From Macrostomum lignano (Eukaryota): a DNA stretch of 64,000 nt. Below the pieces are notes generated by a model. That model saw only the letters and a list, made by a program, of their open reading frames with translations. It made no database searches and was not told the origin of the DNA. Numbering within the stretch: the stretch's first letter is position 1; each line of letters opens with the position of its first letter. The position numbers and the translations under genes are program-made. Shown piece by piece: positions 61,401 through 64,000 of the stretch. The DNA lies in the NCBI GenBank assembly GCA_002269645.1, contig NIVC01000006.1, positions 1 through 64,000 of the forward strand. Direction: 5' to 3'.

Positions 61401-63309
61401 TGCCATATGAGAGGAGGGTTGAGTGTAGAGCAATGAGGTTTGAACAAGGGCTTGCCCGTGACTCACCCTCCCTCCCCCCAAGGGGTAAGACTGGAAACCC
61501 CGCGCAGACTGTACATTCCGCCTCTCCCCCCTGCCCCCTCTTTCCGTCCCTTATCAAAATATAAATGTTAGACGAGTCACCCATTTCAGGTCCCCCCATT
61601 CCCACACCCCGGCCTTAACTAACCCCCTCCCTCTCCGTCTCGCGCACACCAAACCCAACAAAGCCCGCCGGTAAAACCTTACAAGATATGCATCTGCTGA
61701 ACCGTCGCTTGTTTTTGACCAGCTTTTTCCGCACATCCTGTAGTTTATTTTCGTAATTAAATTAGTTTTACGGCAACTTTTTAATATGATATTTAATTGT
61801 GGTAAGTTAATTTTGCTTGATTGTTTTTTATTTTCAAATTATTTGAAAATTTAGAAATCAAACAATAACATAGTATTAACAATACCAAAAACATAATAAC
61901 CAACAGCTTCCAACTCCGAGACCAGTATGTGCATTTGCAGTGTGCTGTTGCATTCGTCTAACTTAATGATCAATAAATTGCCTTTCGGCCAGGCCCCTTT
62001 ATCCATTCCAACTCGGACTGGAAGGTGTGTTTAGCCCAAGCGCGATTTTGTAAATGCATATTCTGGCTCAGATCTGGCCGCTTTAATCGACTTGAAAGAA
62101 CACGCTTTACTTTACACTGAGCTGCCGCACGACATGGCAAGCTGTTGTTAATTTACTCGCTTTATTCTTGTACGGACCATCGAGTGTGCATTTATGCTAC
62201 GCGAGCGCGTCGCAACACTTTCGACTGACTGTTGATTGAAACTTCTGTCATTGTGTTGTAATTTTTGTTTTTTTTTCAACAAAAAGACGAGCGGTCTGTT
62301 TTAAGCAAATGCATACTCTGGCCCGTACACGAAGCGACTGTTCGACTTTGAGATGCTCCCCGAAATTCACCCCCAGTTTGTTGTGTTACCTGCTTGTTTG
62401 CCCGACCTTCGGTGGGTACCAGAGACTGCAGTTTGTGCCGAGATTAACAACTTCCAACTGCTGAATTCGACCGCCTAAATGCATTCTCTGGCCCATCGGG
62501 TCACTCGAGGCTTGATCGACTGCCACTTCCCATTCGATTTGTTTCTTACTCTCCCTATCCCAATTTTCCCCAACTATCGCAAAGCAAAAGATTATTGCCT
62601 GCGTACTGGCTTGTGCATTTCTACCGAGTCCAAGTTTGGCTTGCCAAGTATAAATGCATGATCTGGTATGTAAACCATAATCTGAGCGCGTCCGTGATGT
62701 GTCTTTGCCATTGTTTTAACAATAATTGCGGTATGAGATCGAAACATATTAAAATATAATTTCAAGTCGCTCTTCATACTTTTAACACTTTGTTCTGTCA
62801 TCTTTATTATTTAATCAATTGATTCGAAAAACTTGCTTATATTTATGATATTATAAGAGTGACTAAATAAAGATTAGCAGCTGACAGCTACTTGAAAGAG
62901 ACCAATAGTTATGACTACTAAATCTCTTAATTTATCTAATCAATTATAATTATCAATACGCTCGTACATCGGGTCTAGAGTAAAGAAACTCTGTTAAACT
63001 CAAAGAGCAACATTTCGCATTAACACGTGCTCTGCAAAATTGAAAAAGCAGCTCCGATATCTGGAAAATAAGTCCGTTTAAATTGTGTCCGTGTCATATT
63101 TCGACTGAAGTCCCGTCAGATGACGCTTAATCTCAGCAGCAGGTGTTACTTGCACACCGTTTTCACCGGTTCGTCGCACACTTTTGTCGTGGTGGTGTAC
63201 ACGCGCTGAAGTTGGTTTAGCGAACAAATTGAATCTGATAGATTTTGTGTCTCAAAATTGACAGTTCGTTGCTGAAAATACATTTATGACAGACGCCTTG
63301 TTACTTCGG

Positions 63310-64000
63310 GCTGCCATTCCTGTCCCCCCATCCTTCAGGCTGTCATGACTGTTCCCCCCGGTCATTCAAGCTGGCATTCCTGTTCCCCCCGGTCCTTCAA
63401 GCTGGCATTCCTGTCCCCCCCCCCGATCCTTCAAGCTGGCATTCCTGTTCCCCCCGGTCCTTCAAGCTGGCATTCCTGTTCCCCCCCCCGGTCCTTCAAG
63501 CTGGCATTCCTGTTCCCCCCGGTCCTTCAAGCTGGCATTCCTGTTCCCCCCGGTTCTTCAAGCTGGCATTCCTGTTCCCTCCGGTTCTTCAAGCTGGCAT
63601 TCCTGTTCCCTCCGGTCCTTCAAGCTGGCATGCCTGTTCCCCCGGTCCTTCAAGCTGACATGCCTGTTCCCCCGGTCCTTCAAGCTGACATGCCTGTTCC
63701 CCCGGTCCTTCAAGCTGGCATGCCTGTTCCCCCCGGTCCTTCAAGCTGGCATGACTGTTCCCCCCGGTCCTTCAAGCTGGCATGCCTGTTCCCCCCGGTC
63801 CTTCAAGCTGGCATGACTGTTCCCCCGGTCCTTCAAGCTGGCATTCCTGTTCCCCCCGGTCCTTCAAGCTGGCATGCCTGTTCCCCCGGTCCTTCAAGCT
63901 GGCATGCCTGTTCCCCCGGTCCTTCAAGCTGGCATGCCTGTTCCCCCGGTCCTTCAAGCTGGCATGCCTGTTCCCCCCGGTCCTTCAAGCTGGCATGACT
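63310..64000. repeat. 27-30-bp C-rich minisatellite, runs off the right edge
   Basis: CCTGTTCCCCCGGTCCTTCAAGCTGGCATG tandem copies. Confidence 0.95.

Overview
Eukaryotic (metazoan) genomic DNA. GC-rich coding exons, minisatellite-filled introns and the standard code suggest a free-living flatworm such as Macrostomum; this taxon call is inference only. The left 30 kb holds six consecutive minus-strand genes: a BACE-like aspartic protease (3' end outside the window), Cab45/SDF4, ARP2, a Ral GTPase with two alternative CAAX-encoding last exons, an intronless OLA1, and a 9-exon, about 1041-aa protein whose C-terminus resembles the TASOR (HUSH) DomII-PIN region. A roughly 15 kb AT-rich, gene-free block follows, with non-autonomous DNA transposons, tRNA-derived SINE heads and a CpG-depleted segment. 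Next is a plus-strand adducin/hts gene with small symmetric cassette exons in its tail, then probable 5' exons of another plus-strand gene. Most introns over about 300 bp and most intergenic gaps carry their own tandem repeat. All protein family calls come from remembered sequence motifs, not database searches. Three single-base frameshifts (two in BACE, one in OLA1) look like long-read assembly errors.
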